Positions 1 through 10,379 of a stretch of DNA of 64,000 nt are shown piece after piece. Each line of letters starts with the position of its first letter. Position 1 is the first letter of the stretch. The notes under the pieces were generated by a model, which saw only the letters and a program-made list of their open reading frames with translations, was not told the DNA's origin and did no database searches. Position numbers and translations under genes: made by a program. Source of the stretch: Basidiobolus meristosporus CBS 931.73 (lineage: Eukaryota > Fungi > Basidiobolomycota); NCBI GenBank assembly GCA_002104905.1, contig MCFE01000214.1, forward strand, positions 62,001 through 126,000, written 5' to 3'.

Positions 1-284
1 GATTAGCATTCTGTCCTGACCAAATGTCTTGTCACAATTTACTTGGAATACTTTCACCATATTATCAGGTACCCAGATTATGGTCTTGCTCAGAGTTGTC
101 CAAAAGCCCCCAATCTTTGCACACATATTCTTAGGACCTTCCTGAGCATATTTTACACACTTGTTTACTCTACTTTATCAAAAGTATAAATCCCATACTT
201 TTGATCAGTAAATCAACAAGTGGATAACATTTAAGTCCTCTTGTTCTCCATATCTCTTCCAATACTCCTCCAAATATTGCAACA
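1..284 (+). repeat. 3' part of a Copia LTR (diverged relative of the 349 bp LTR family)
   Basis: Colinear with LTR 17396-17744 and the reverse complement of 1228-1438/4872-5013; ends ...CAAATATTGCAACA at 284. Its start lies outside the window. Confidence 0.85.
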
Positions 285-339
285 GATATATACCATATCC
301 CTAGCCACAACATTACATTGTTAACCAGTAGATGGATCA

Positions 340-895
340 CTAGGCAGTCCTGGGTCCATGGAGTATCCTGGCATTCTTTTCTATGGGTGTAGTCTCATTG
401 CATATTGGGATCTTGCCAGGCTCATGCAGGTTCCTGTTGCAAGGGGAGATAGTCACAAAATCAATCAGCAAGCCTTCTGCTTCAGTGCAATCACCAAGTG
501 GGCCATATTCAGAAGGCTGAGGTGAGCTAACAGGCATCACAAGCTCATATCAGTCAGTTTGTGATAGATGACAAGTATGGTTAGGTGCTGTTATAGAAGT
601 ACCAGGTGGCCAGCAAGATATTACTGATACAGTAGTGTCTGATGGATGCTTAAATTTGACTGGTGTGGCAAGTCAGTGGCAGTGATCCTTGTAACACTTC
701 CAATACTGATGTGTGCTTCACAGCTGAAAGGCTGATTAGAGCAGCAACATGGTTGTTTGCCACTTCTCTTGAGGTGTTGAATCAAAGTAGTCCTTTCTGT
801 AGGGCAAACAGCTTGACACTCATTAGTATAATGCTATCATATCCCTACTTTTCAAACTAAAATGATTATAAGACAATCTTTTATTTAAGACATTG
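340..895 (-). pseudogene. N-terminal remnant of a CACTA/EnSpm (tnp2, Transposase_21-type) transposase
   Basis: Reverse-complement homologue of 10310-10870, which leads into recognisable tnp2 motifs. Many stops. Confidence 0.65.
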
Positions 896-1621
896 CACCT
901 ATGTCAATATAAGATTCAATGATGACCCACCATTGTAAGCACTATGAACAAAGTTGTGGCATCACATACATCAAGATAAGTGGCACTACTTCCCCATTGT
1001 CTTAAAATACATCCATATATATATATGCTGCCAAAAAACAAAGCCAAGTTGTCTGGTTCCCAACCAAACACCACTGCTGACAGCAGCAGAATAATGGATG
1101 GACAACATCTTGCTTTGACATTCAATGAAACAAGCAGGGCTACATCCAAAAAAAGCCATGTTGACTGTGAGACCACTGAAGGTAATAATGTAGACTCCTC
1201 AGGCTCCCAGTCAGGTAGGCAATTGAGTGTTGCAATATTCTGAGGAGTATTGGAAGTGATGTGGAGAACTAGAGGATTTACATGTTATTCACTTATAGAT
1301 TTATTGATCAAAAGTATGGTATTTATACTTTTGATAAAGTAGAGGAAAACAAACGTGTAGAGTTTGTTAAGGAAGGTCCCAAGAATATGTGTGCAAAGTT
1401 TGGGGTCTTTTGGACGACTTTGAGAAAAATAATAATATAGACTTGTTCCGTTGGATAGTGCCACATAGTGCCAGCCGGTTTATAGTGCCGGATCGATCTG
1501 GCACTCTATGGCACTATCTGGCACTATAATTTCTACCATGATGCCAGTGGTATGATACAGTTACTGGTAATTTTACTCAATCTTACTTATGTTGCTCAGA
1601 ATAGTGCTTTCCTTGCTTTAT

Positions 1622-2548
1622 TTACTCTTCATAATGCTCCAGACACATTTCTCTCAGTGGATGTCTTCTTGTATGAACATACTGTGCATTGATAAGTATC
1701 TTAACTATTTTACCTATTCTGCTGTTTTCTCCTATATATGACTTTCCTCTGTATTTACCTGCCAATATGCTGAATCTCTTCAGATATCCAAATGTGTGCT
1801 CTACCCTTACTCTGAAATGATTAAATATCTCATTGTTGAGCTTCTGCTTCCTGCTAAGCACACCATTCCTTGGCTTCCTATAAGCTGTAATACATCCTAA
1901 TCTCTGACAATCCTCTCCTATATAGGCCAAGTCTGCCATACATTTCTCCCCTCTACTGAATTCAGGATGATTCTCTACCCAGAGTGCTTTGTCATGCCTA
2001 CTTCCAGCAAATGGCCCACTAAACCAGATGATGTTACCCTCAATGTCAGACAGTGCTTGAAACTTCACACAGTGTGCCTTGTACTTGCCAGAATAAAAGT
2101 GCCTCTGCCCTCTAGAAGGTCTGTTAATCCTCACTGGGAAGGTATCCAAAATACTCCTGATATGGAACCTGTTGCTGAACACTCTGGGATATGGAAGTCT
2201 ATTGGAGCTTCTGAACCTAGTATTCCAAGCTTGCTCTAAGTCATTCATACCCTCTGCAAGGTGGTTCTCCATTGCTGTCAGCTGGGAATGAAAGCTTCTA
2301 GGACTTTTGTTGCCATGGATGGTGGGATGAAACCTTGTAGGGCAATAGTTCTTGTAATAGCAGAGAAGCTTAACAAGGGATCTCCTTGAGTAGATTGGGG
2401 TTGATGGTCCACAGTACTTGGAATAGATCTCCTCCAGTGTGTCAAAAGGAAATCCAGTGGTAGTGATGGGATTGATGAGAAAAGACCATTCAGATGAGTA
2501 AGTCATATTAAAATTGATGGATGATTGTATGGAGGCGGTTTGAATCAA
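1622..2548 (-). CDS. DDE transposase, DDE_Tnp_4 (Harbinger/IS5-like) family, 308 aa, uninterrupted
   Basis: Motifs ILDTFPVRINRP, FYSGKYKAHCVKFQALSD..G.I.W.SGPFAGSRHD, MADLAY and RVRVEHTFGYLKRF give the family's D-D-D-E pattern. Confidence 0.93.
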   Translation of the reverse strand: MIQTASIQSSINFNMTYSSEWSFLINPITTTGFPFDTLEEIYSKYCGPSTPIYSRRSLVKLLCYYKNYCPTRFHPTIHGNKSPRSFHSQLTAMENHLAEGMNDLEQAWNTRFRSSNRLPYPRVFSNRFHIRSILDTFPVRINRPSRGQRHFYSGKYKAHCVKFQALSDIEGNIIWFSGPFAGSRHDKALWVENHPEFSRGEKCMADLAYIGEDCQRLGCITAYRKPRNGVLSRKQKLNNEIFNHFRVRVEHTFGYLKRFSILAGKYRGKSYIGENSRIGKIVKILINAQYVHTRRHPLREMCLEHYEE

Positions 2549-2865
2549 TTCGGTGCGATCTGCGTTATTTATCTAATTTTTAACACATTATGGTTAAATC
2601 TCCATCAATTGCCATGTATCCCATCATTATGTCCCAAAAATCATCCGCAAACAATGCCTTGGTACTTTTATTGATGCTTTAATCATAGGTCTATAATCAA
2701 ACAGGAAATCTGCAATTGATGTGATCTGATCTGTGTCAACGCAATCCAAGATGCATCATGCATAATATATGGAAAATTCAACAATCACTTTAGTTTTCAT
2801 ATATATTTCATATAAGACCAGGTTGATGCCAATATACTGCTGTATAAGTATACAAATCCGTTGCT

Positions 2866-4128
2866 ATGGTCCCCATACCAAGCCTCAACTCATCTTTAGT
2901 ACAACCCAGACAAAACCCATCCCCCAGCTCACTAGCGCGGTCCGGACCAGAAAAGTCAATGTTGGATCCGTTTGAGTTCTCGCCAAATGATTTTAGTATG
3001 GCCCAAGTGTCTATGATGAGCCTTCATACAGATATTTGGGCACTACTGATTAATCTAGCAGAACTAGATACCTCAGAGAGTTGACAAAGATGGAAGAATT
3101 TGAGTAGAAAGCTGTGGCATGAGTTCTACATCAAGATGCCAGCCGATGTATGTAAAAAGATATATAACAAGACAAGTATTGAAATCAAGAATGAGCTGAG
3201 AGTGAGGGGATTTGACAAGGAAGCCGCGCGGGAACAATTTTGCGCGCAATTTGCACAGTACGGGCCGGACGCGTCCGTTTGTGCCTCAACTTTGGGAACC
3301 AAAGAGATTTTGAATGAGTTTTTGCCTCAAATGACTAATGTACTACGTGATATATTAGTAGAGCTAAGTGGCTTCCAAGAGCAATATACACAGGACTCAT
3401 CCAGGCAACAGCTCCAAAGTATCAGACAGAGGGTAAGTGAATACCTTGAGGAATCAGATGGTGAGCTTCAGGAGGAAGAATACAGACCGCGAGCAACGTC
3501 GTCCAGATTGCGCCAGCATGCCTCGCTGGATTCCCTACCATCTCTTGCAACCACAGCACGCCGGCGCGCGTCAGTCCAGACCACGCCAACACCCTTTACC
3601 AGAACGCCCCGTGTCGAGTCAACGCGCATTGAGTCAACGCGCATCGGGTCAACGCGCGCGCTTCAGAGCAAAACTACCAGAACTTGCCAAACTGCTCATT
3701 TAGATACAAGTCCATTGGAGCGGACCGAGTCGCGTCAACATGCGGCATCACATCAAACTCAGCCAAGGGCCATCTCAACGCGTCAAGGCGCGCCTGCGCG
3801 TGCCGTTTCGCCTGACCATCAGCGAGTTACTTCTGGTGAACTGACTGATGATGACCAACATGAAGTGACTCAACCACCGGAGCCCTTGGCAAGTAAAAGA
3901 ACGCGTCAGCGCGTGGCACTACAGGCCGGTTCAGTTGGTTCAGTTGGAGCAATTCAGCGCGGCCAAGCTGCAGCATCGCACTCATCAACTAGGAGGCAAA
4001 ATACTGACTACAAATACACAAGTAGCCAAGATGATAGTCAGCCAGGAAGTAGTATAGGTGTGCAAAGTGAGTCACTACCAAATGCTTCAGTAGTAATCCC
4101 TGTGAGAAAAAAACCCAGGAGAAGATGA
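2866..4128 (+). CDS. ORF2 of the PHIS element (~420 aa; predicted helical N-half, S/T/R/Q-rich low-complexity C-half, basic C-terminus RKKPRRR); one in-frame TGA at 3082-3084
   Basis: ORFs 2866-3084 and 3100-4128 are in the same frame. Copy 2 reads through this codon (CAA), implying ancestral CGA. No Myb/SANT motif recognisable by eye. Confidence 0.75.
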
Positions 4129-5591
4129 TGCGATTGCTTTGAATCGCTCACATTTGTAATGATCCCAACAACCCTTTTTTTTTGCAATCCGAATTGAGCC
4201 ATTGCAAATCAGTGATCATCAAATTTTTGATATAAGTAATATCAAGGTCGTCTCACATTTGAGACAGAACCCCTATAAATAAACACCCTGCATATATATA
4301 CGTCATCTGTAATACCAGTGCAGCTATTGGATCTGTTTCGCACCTACACGATCGCTTGCGTGCTAGCTATGACACCTTGCCCAATCACTAGGATAAGGGA
4401 TTTACTTGCTCAATGGGCAAAATGGGATATTTGATGGCAAATCAGGTAGCTTTTTCAGTAGTCAATGAGCCAATTGGGGGCTGCCAGCTTCAGGATACTT
4501 TTGGACCAATTAACCACTGAGATACCGTCCAATTGGAGTGAGGGTAACCAAAATGGTAAGTATCAGTGTAGTTTATAGTGTGATACACATTTATTTCCAT
4601 TTACATTAAAGAAACATATCCAAATACCGGATTTTACCTGCCATTATAGCGGTATCCGATCGCGCACGTGATGCAAGCATTACAAGTTGGCGCGATCATC
4701 CGCGCCAACCTCATCGTGTCAGATTGTGCCATAGTGTGCGAGATCGTCCCGCATAGTGCAAAATTGTACAAGAACAATCCTGCCTTCTGGTAGCTATAAT
4801 ATTGCGCCCGATCGTTCTTTGCGACCGCGGATTGCGCCGCGCGCCCTGGCATGGTACAATGGAACAAGTCTTATGGGTACCTGACAATTTGGTGAAAATA
4901 TTCTAAGTAAATCCCGACAAGAAATCTAGTCAGGACAGAATGCTAATCACAGAATAAGATCTATGTGACTAAGTTAGCATGAATATTTAGGTGACAATTC
5001 AATAATTACAACATTGAGAATATATGCAGATCTGCAAGCTGAACAGGATGCTTGGGCAGGTGAGAATGCAGCAAACACAGAACCTCCAAGGGAAGAATAC
5101 CAAATGGCTGTTGTAACAATAACACCACCAGTGTTGGCAAGTATTTTGTCAGCTCATACTAAAGTATTAATGAGGCAATTAGGTGTAGTGGCTGCTAGGG
5201 TAAATGTATGACCCAGCAAGATTGGGAGGTTGTACAGAGTCAGGTTGAGCCAAAAATATATGTAGAGCAATCAACATCTGTTGTGTTGTATTATGATTAG
5301 TTTGGGGCTTGTTCTACAATGTAGAGGCTAATCAACAATATACAACAACTTCCAGTATGTTAATACTGAAATAGTTTATTGGGAGTTTGATATACCAATA
5401 GAAGATATAACTTTCACTAATTTCCTCAATCTTAGGCTCAAAATATACTGTAGGCAGTGTTTATCACTTCTACAGCAGTGTTCTGACCTTCTGTCGACTA
5501 ATGGGCTTATTTACTTTTATAGTAACTTTTCCTTATTTGGAAGTCACTTTCCTTTCTGAGAAAATATTTCCTAATATGGAAATTCTGAACT

Positions 5592-5832
5592 CCCCTTTAA
5601 CCTAAAGGGGTGTGTTGTAGAAGTCTCTAAAGGGGTCTTTAGACCTAAAGGGGTGTCTAAAGGGGTGTCTTTAGAGTAAAGGGGCTTCTTGTAGTGGTCT
5701 CTAAAGTGGACTTTACACTAAAGGGGTGCCTAAAGGGGCTTCTTTAGAGTAAAGGGGTTTCTTAAAGGGGTCTTTAGACTAAAGGGGTGTCTAAAGGGGT
5801 GTCTTTAGAGTAAAGGGGTTTCTTAGAGGGGA
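5592..5832 (+). repeat. Array of TAAAGGGG units with a higher-order repeat of about 64 bp
   Basis: About 12 exact TAAAGGGG copies. The block CTAAAGGGGTCTTTAGAC..TAAAGGGGTGTCTAAAGGGGTGTCTTTAGAGTAAAGGGG occurs at ~5626 and ~5760. The array opens with an inverted CCCCTTTA. Confidence 0.9.
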
Positions 5833-6044
5833 CTTTTCCGACAGAAAAGTGGTAGTTTCTTGTAGAACTTAGATTGGATTCTTGTGAGCTTTGCAGTCTC
5901 TTTACTGATGTAGTACCAATCAAAGTCAGAATACTCAACAGTGCAAGTGATGCAGGGGAAGTCTTATAACCTTTAAACTTGTAATTGTAGTGTGGAGATT
6001 CTGGAAAGAGAGGCTCTCTCTTTATTTTTCAGCTGGGGAAGTCA

Positions 6045-6250
6045 TATATATGAAAATTTTGAAGGATCAAAGTTTTTGGGCGATTGCGCAAGCAATACAC
6101 GTGATACAAAGCTAAAATTTTGCAGTGGCGCAGATCGGACATAGGCGCAGCACCTGTGAAAATTTCACGTGATTTGATTGGCTGGTTCGAAAGTTACACG
6201 CGATCAAAGTCACCGTAGTAATCCTAGCAATAAGGCATAGTATATATAAT
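6045..6250. promoter_or_regulatory. CpG-island-like, possibly bidirectional promoter
   Basis: About 11 CpG in ~160 bp, two CACGTG boxes, a reverse CCAAT (GATTGG), and TATA-like TATATATG / TATATATAA at either side. Confidence 0.45.
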
Positions 6251-6480
6251 AGTTGGACTCTTTTGGTCATAACTCCTTAAGTACTGCTTCAAATGAGCTG
6301 TAATTTGAAACATGTGTTGGCTACTACGTGTTCTGTATGACATAATATTCTTGGGTGGATTGCTTGTCAGGGTCTGGAGTATTTGCTCTTCAAAGTTGGA
6401 AATTCTTGATCTTTCTCTTGTGTGTTACGATAGCAAAAAGCAAAATAAAGAAATGAGTGCAATATTGGTTTAGAGATATT

Positions 6481-6810
6481 GTAGTAATGGAATACTTTCC
6501 ATTACCACACATCCCAGGTAGAGAGTGCAGTATCTATGCTGCAATAAAGGAACTAAAGTAGCTCAAGGTCAGAGTCAAGAATTGAGCCATTTACTGATGT
6601 AGCAGCAGAGCAATACCAGAAATTTTTTGAGACACAACACCAGTGCCCAACAGTGAAGCCAACAGTACTAATCACAGCATGTGAGGGAGAGACTGTAGCA
6701 ATTAAATCAAAGCCTAAAAGTCTAAAGACATTGGGGATCAGTGAAGCCATTGAGTTCAATGATGAAGGGTGAGCTAATAATCAAGAGGTCATGCAAGGCC
6801 AATGGGGCCC
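6481..6810 (+). pseudogene. ORF-X fragment
   Basis: Homologous to the reverse complement of 9510-9760. Confidence 0.55.
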
Positions 6811-7070
6811 CAACAGTTTTGTTGGGGACCTCTGCTGGCATTATAACAGCAATATGGTGGCTTAGAGATAGTTCTGTATAGTGATACCATACAAATTTAC
6901 TAAATGGTATTTCTTCTTCAACTTCCCCTAGGGTCATTCACATATTCCACTGTAGCATCACCCCTCTTTATTTCCTTACCCACTACTACATTGGGTATTT
7001 CATGTATAGTTTGAATCAATAAAACTATGGCCTCCTGCTTACTAACCTCTACCTATGTGCACACCCACTG
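6810..7070 (-). pseudogene. C-terminal remnant of the CACTA tnp2-type transposase
   Basis: Homologous to 54400-54620(+), which is contiguous with tnp2 C-terminal sequence. Confidence 0.5.
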
Positions 7071-8550
7071 CAATTGGCATACTTCTTCCTATGAGTAATA
7101 ATAGTGATGATCCCATCAAGAGGCCTTCACAAAATTAAAGTTGTGTGACTAAGAGGTATTCATCCCATAGGACACCTTGCAATGCCCATTGAAAAACTAT
7201 TGCACCCCAGATTTCACAAAAATTTGGCCAACATTTTTTATCACAACAATACATGAGTGACTTTTGATTAGGCCTCTGACAATTCTCTCACTTTCTGATC
7301 CTGGACACTCAGTTACTATTTTCCCACTTTCTGTTCCCAGACACTCTATCACCTCCTATATTTGAGTATATTGATTGGCTATTACCTCTTTTCCACACTC
7401 CTTACTTCCTGACAGAACCAATTCTCCAGCTTTTCATGCATACAAATTGCTCTATTTCAGTTGAAACTTCAGTTATAAATCAATTGCCAATTGTATTGGA
7501 CTATACAAGTCCCTACACCCAACACCCATATTAAGCCCAGCCTCACACCTCACAAGTGGCTCCATTCAATCCCCATTCAAGAAGTAATTCTGCTGTAACT
7601 CTCTTTTTCCATGACTTTGTTAAGAATCCTGCAGCTTTATACCACTGTTCATTCACTGTTTTTCATACAGTCTGATCTTCAGCTGGCACTGCAAGGTCTA
7701 ATAACTCATCTGCTAGTCTTTGCAACTCATCCTTGCAAGATTCAAGTGTGTTTTCTTGAGCACTGCTCTTGAAGAAGTGCTGCATCCTCCTGGAGTGCCT
7801 ATCAAAGCTTCAAGATTCCGCTGCAGGCATTGTGATGGTCTTCTCAGTTCTTACAATTTTGCTTTGTCTCTCAGTGGGATCTCCACTCTGTCTACAATAA
7901 AGGACATGAAGGCAGTGGTAGACAAGTTGCTTTTCTCTATTAACTCATATACCTTGCTAGAGTGTAGATCAGCTGTTGCACTTCCAACTCTTAAGAATAC
8001 AGCTATTGTCTTGTTGGTAATTCTTCTTGGCTATGATAGAATTCTGCCTGTTCTAGGCTGATGATATTAACTGGTGAGAACTGCAGGTTCTTTCTCACAC
8101 TTCCCTGTCTCTGGCTTTGGTATACCTTTTTCTCTTTACCTTTACCTTTATCACTGCCAAGTCTCTCACTGCTACTTGAGCTGAGTGCTTCTGGTATTGT
8201 ACTCTGACTTCTCCCTGATGGATGAAGCACTAGTGCATTCATTTTTGCCTGCTTGTGCCTTGTGGCACTCTACTGGCAACTTGACATATCTAAGCTGCTT
8301 GCTTGGAACTATGAGCTCTGTTTGTAACAAGCACCTGCAAAAGCCATGGGTTTTTATCACTGTTAAGTCCCTCACAGCTACTGTGACTGAGTGCCTCTTG
8401 CATTGTACTTTGCTTTCTCATTGACAGATGCTGCACTGATGCATCCATTTCTGCCTGCTTATCCCTTGCCAGCACTCTCCCTGCAACTAAATGTTTCTTT
8501 GCCACTGGTTTGGAACTTTCAGCTCTTCCTGGGATTGTCATGATCACATG
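7070..8550 (-). repeat. ORF-X low-complexity C-terminal part and downstream region
   Basis: Homologous to 14100-14496 + 15568-16050 and to 26760-27700. Contains a ~206 bp internal tandem duplication (8147, 8353) encoding SSSERLGSDK-like units. Confidence 0.65.
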
Positions 8551-9289
8551 ACATCCTGGTCTCTGATGTTCAAGCTAAATTAAGTTGCTGAAGAAATCAC
8601 AGTTCCTTCTAGAAAGTTCTACTGCATTCTAGCAACTTCTGCAAAGCTCCAAGTCAACATTACACAACAAAACATTCTATGGAAGCTCCCCTTTGGAATT
8701 TATGTATCCAAGTACCATATATGGTAATTTCATGTCACATTACGTAGTCACATGTTCAGTTTACCCCTGACATATCTCCATGTGATGTTCTAGTGTGTTC
8801 TTTTGCATATTTCTATCTTGGCACACTTACTGTGCCTTACCCCAGAACCCCATCAGTATTAGCCAATATCTCTTGGCATCCATATTGCCAAAAAGTATAC
8901 ATAGTCCTATCCCCCCTTGTACTATTACTAAATCAGAGATGGCAAAATTATCTAATCAAGCTGAATTACTCAAAATTGAATCTAATGAAAGGATAAAACT
9001 TCAAGAGTTAATCATCAAACATAAGAATTAGACTTAGTTAAAAGATCTAGATTTCAAGTATCCTAACTTTAATACAATGGCTAAATCTGATCTTGAAGCC
9101 CCCCAATATTGGAAGGATCAAATTCTGCTCTTAGCCTTCCCATAAATTCAGGTAACCTAGCAAGTGATTCAAATGTTAGGGAACTTGTCACAAATGGAGG
9201 AGTACCAACAACAGAAAAAATGATAATAAGCCCTTTTGAAAATTGGGCATTATTACTTTCTCCAATTGAGGAAGCTGCTGGTTTTTTTC

Positions 9290-9960
9290 TGTGGCACCCC
9301 TGTTTTTCTGCCTTGAATAGTTTGTGCTATCTTTCAGATACTTTCTCAGCATCTCAATGCTGGCCAAAAATATGTTTGCTCACTTGAATCCAGGATAATG
9401 CTCACGGTGCAGGTCACTCACATTCAGCTTGGCCTTAATTTCTTGATAGTCCCATGGTATGCTGGCCTTAAGATGATGCCATTGTAGACTTATGGTGGCC
9501 TCTTGAATATCAGCCCACTCCTTGTTAGTGCACTCAATAGCTTCATGAATTTTCAGTGTCTTTTACTTTTTAGAAGTGAGTATTGACACCATAGTCTCCC
9601 CCTCCCATGCTGTGATAGGTTTTTCTGTGAGCATTATCTTTTAGCACTGTTGTTGTGCTTCAAAGACTGCATGGTGTTCCTCTGCTGATACATTGGGAAA
9701 TGCCTCAATTTTTGGCTGTGACATTGAACTACTTCAGTTCCTTGTATGGAGCAAAGATATTGTGTTCTTTACCTGGGACATTGATTGCTTTACACCATTT
9801 CTCTACTCATCCTGTTTCTGGACTATTTCCTGATTTCTCAGGGCCATTGCATCTATCCTATCAGCCACTGCACCTAATTGCCTCATTAATGCTTTGCTAT
9901 GAGCTGACAAAATACTTGCTAATACTTGTGATGGTGATGTTATGAAAGCCACTTGCTGGT
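9290..9960 (-). pseudogene. ORF-X core (best-preserved copy, ~220 codons, 4 stops)
   Basis: One frame gives ...LASILSAHSKALMRQLGAVADRIDAM...WDYQEIKAKLNVSDLHREHYPGFK*ANIFLASIEMLRKYLKD. Homologues at 26573 and 52140-52880. Confidence 0.7.
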
Positions 9961-10004
9961 CTTTGATCAAAGAAACTGCATTAAAACCTCAGAGTACCAA
10001 CTTA

Positions 10005-10308
10005 GTTTTGTGACCAGCTACATAATTCTGCAGCTAGATTCAGAGTGTCACAAGTATTGAGTACCAAGTATACATCTACAGTCCTTCTACTCTCTGACCT
10101 GTCACAAATAAGGTAGATCCCAAAAAACAGATCAAATATTGGTGTTTCTCCACAGTTGTTAGTAAAACACTGGAGCAGCTTTACATGAAAAAGAAGAGCT
10201 ATGCTTCACATTCCGTAGCCAAGTACAGGTCTACTTGGCTCATATGGCACTCTGTAGCACTATTTGGTATGCATAGCTCAATGAGGCACTATTGAACACA
10301 GCAAGTGT
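10005..10308. mobile_element. Degenerate single arm of the hairpin MITE
   Basis: Aligns with 17000-17315; ends in a decayed TIR followed by AAT. Confidence 0.65.
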
Positions 10309-10379
10309 AATGTCTCAAATTCAAGACTGACCTATATTCACATAAATATTGACAAGAAAGTGATATAAAAGCATCATGT

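Larger units (their letters stand above)
1439..4871. mobile_element. PIF/Harbinger-superfamily (PHIS) DNA transposon, Pangu-like, full length, 3433 bp
   Basis: TIRs AGACTTGTTCCGTTG (1439) and CAATGGAACAAGTCT (ends 4871); 3 bp TSD TAT (1436-1438, 4872-4874); the empty site restores the host LTR; two divergent ORFs. Confidence 0.92.
1228..5013 (-). mobile_element. Solo Copia LTR (TGTTG...CAACA) interrupted by the PHIS transposon
   Basis: 5 bp TSD TTGAG at 1223-1227 and 5014-5018. The halves 1228-1438 and 4875-5013 rejoin colinearly with the LTR copy at 1-284. Confidence 0.92.
920..5280 (+). pseudogene. ORF-X N-terminal part (unknown accessory ORF), split by the solo LTR at 1228-5013
   Basis: Removing the LTR and one TSD joins ORF 980-1227 in frame to 5014-5211 (...SGSQSGRQL-RIYADLQ...PPVLASILSAHTKVLMRQLG). 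The latter part is homologous to 9880-9950(-) and 23340-23440(+). Confidence 0.65.

Noticed and set aside
1967-2239. Short antisense or overlapping ORFs (also 25040-25312, 19274-19462, 18230-18481, 49946-50398)
   Set aside because: Shadow frames of TE coding sequence; their recurrence only reflects paralogy.
5592-5832. CRISPR-like or coding repeat
   Set aside because: No unique spacers, eukaryotic context, and stops in the frames translated.
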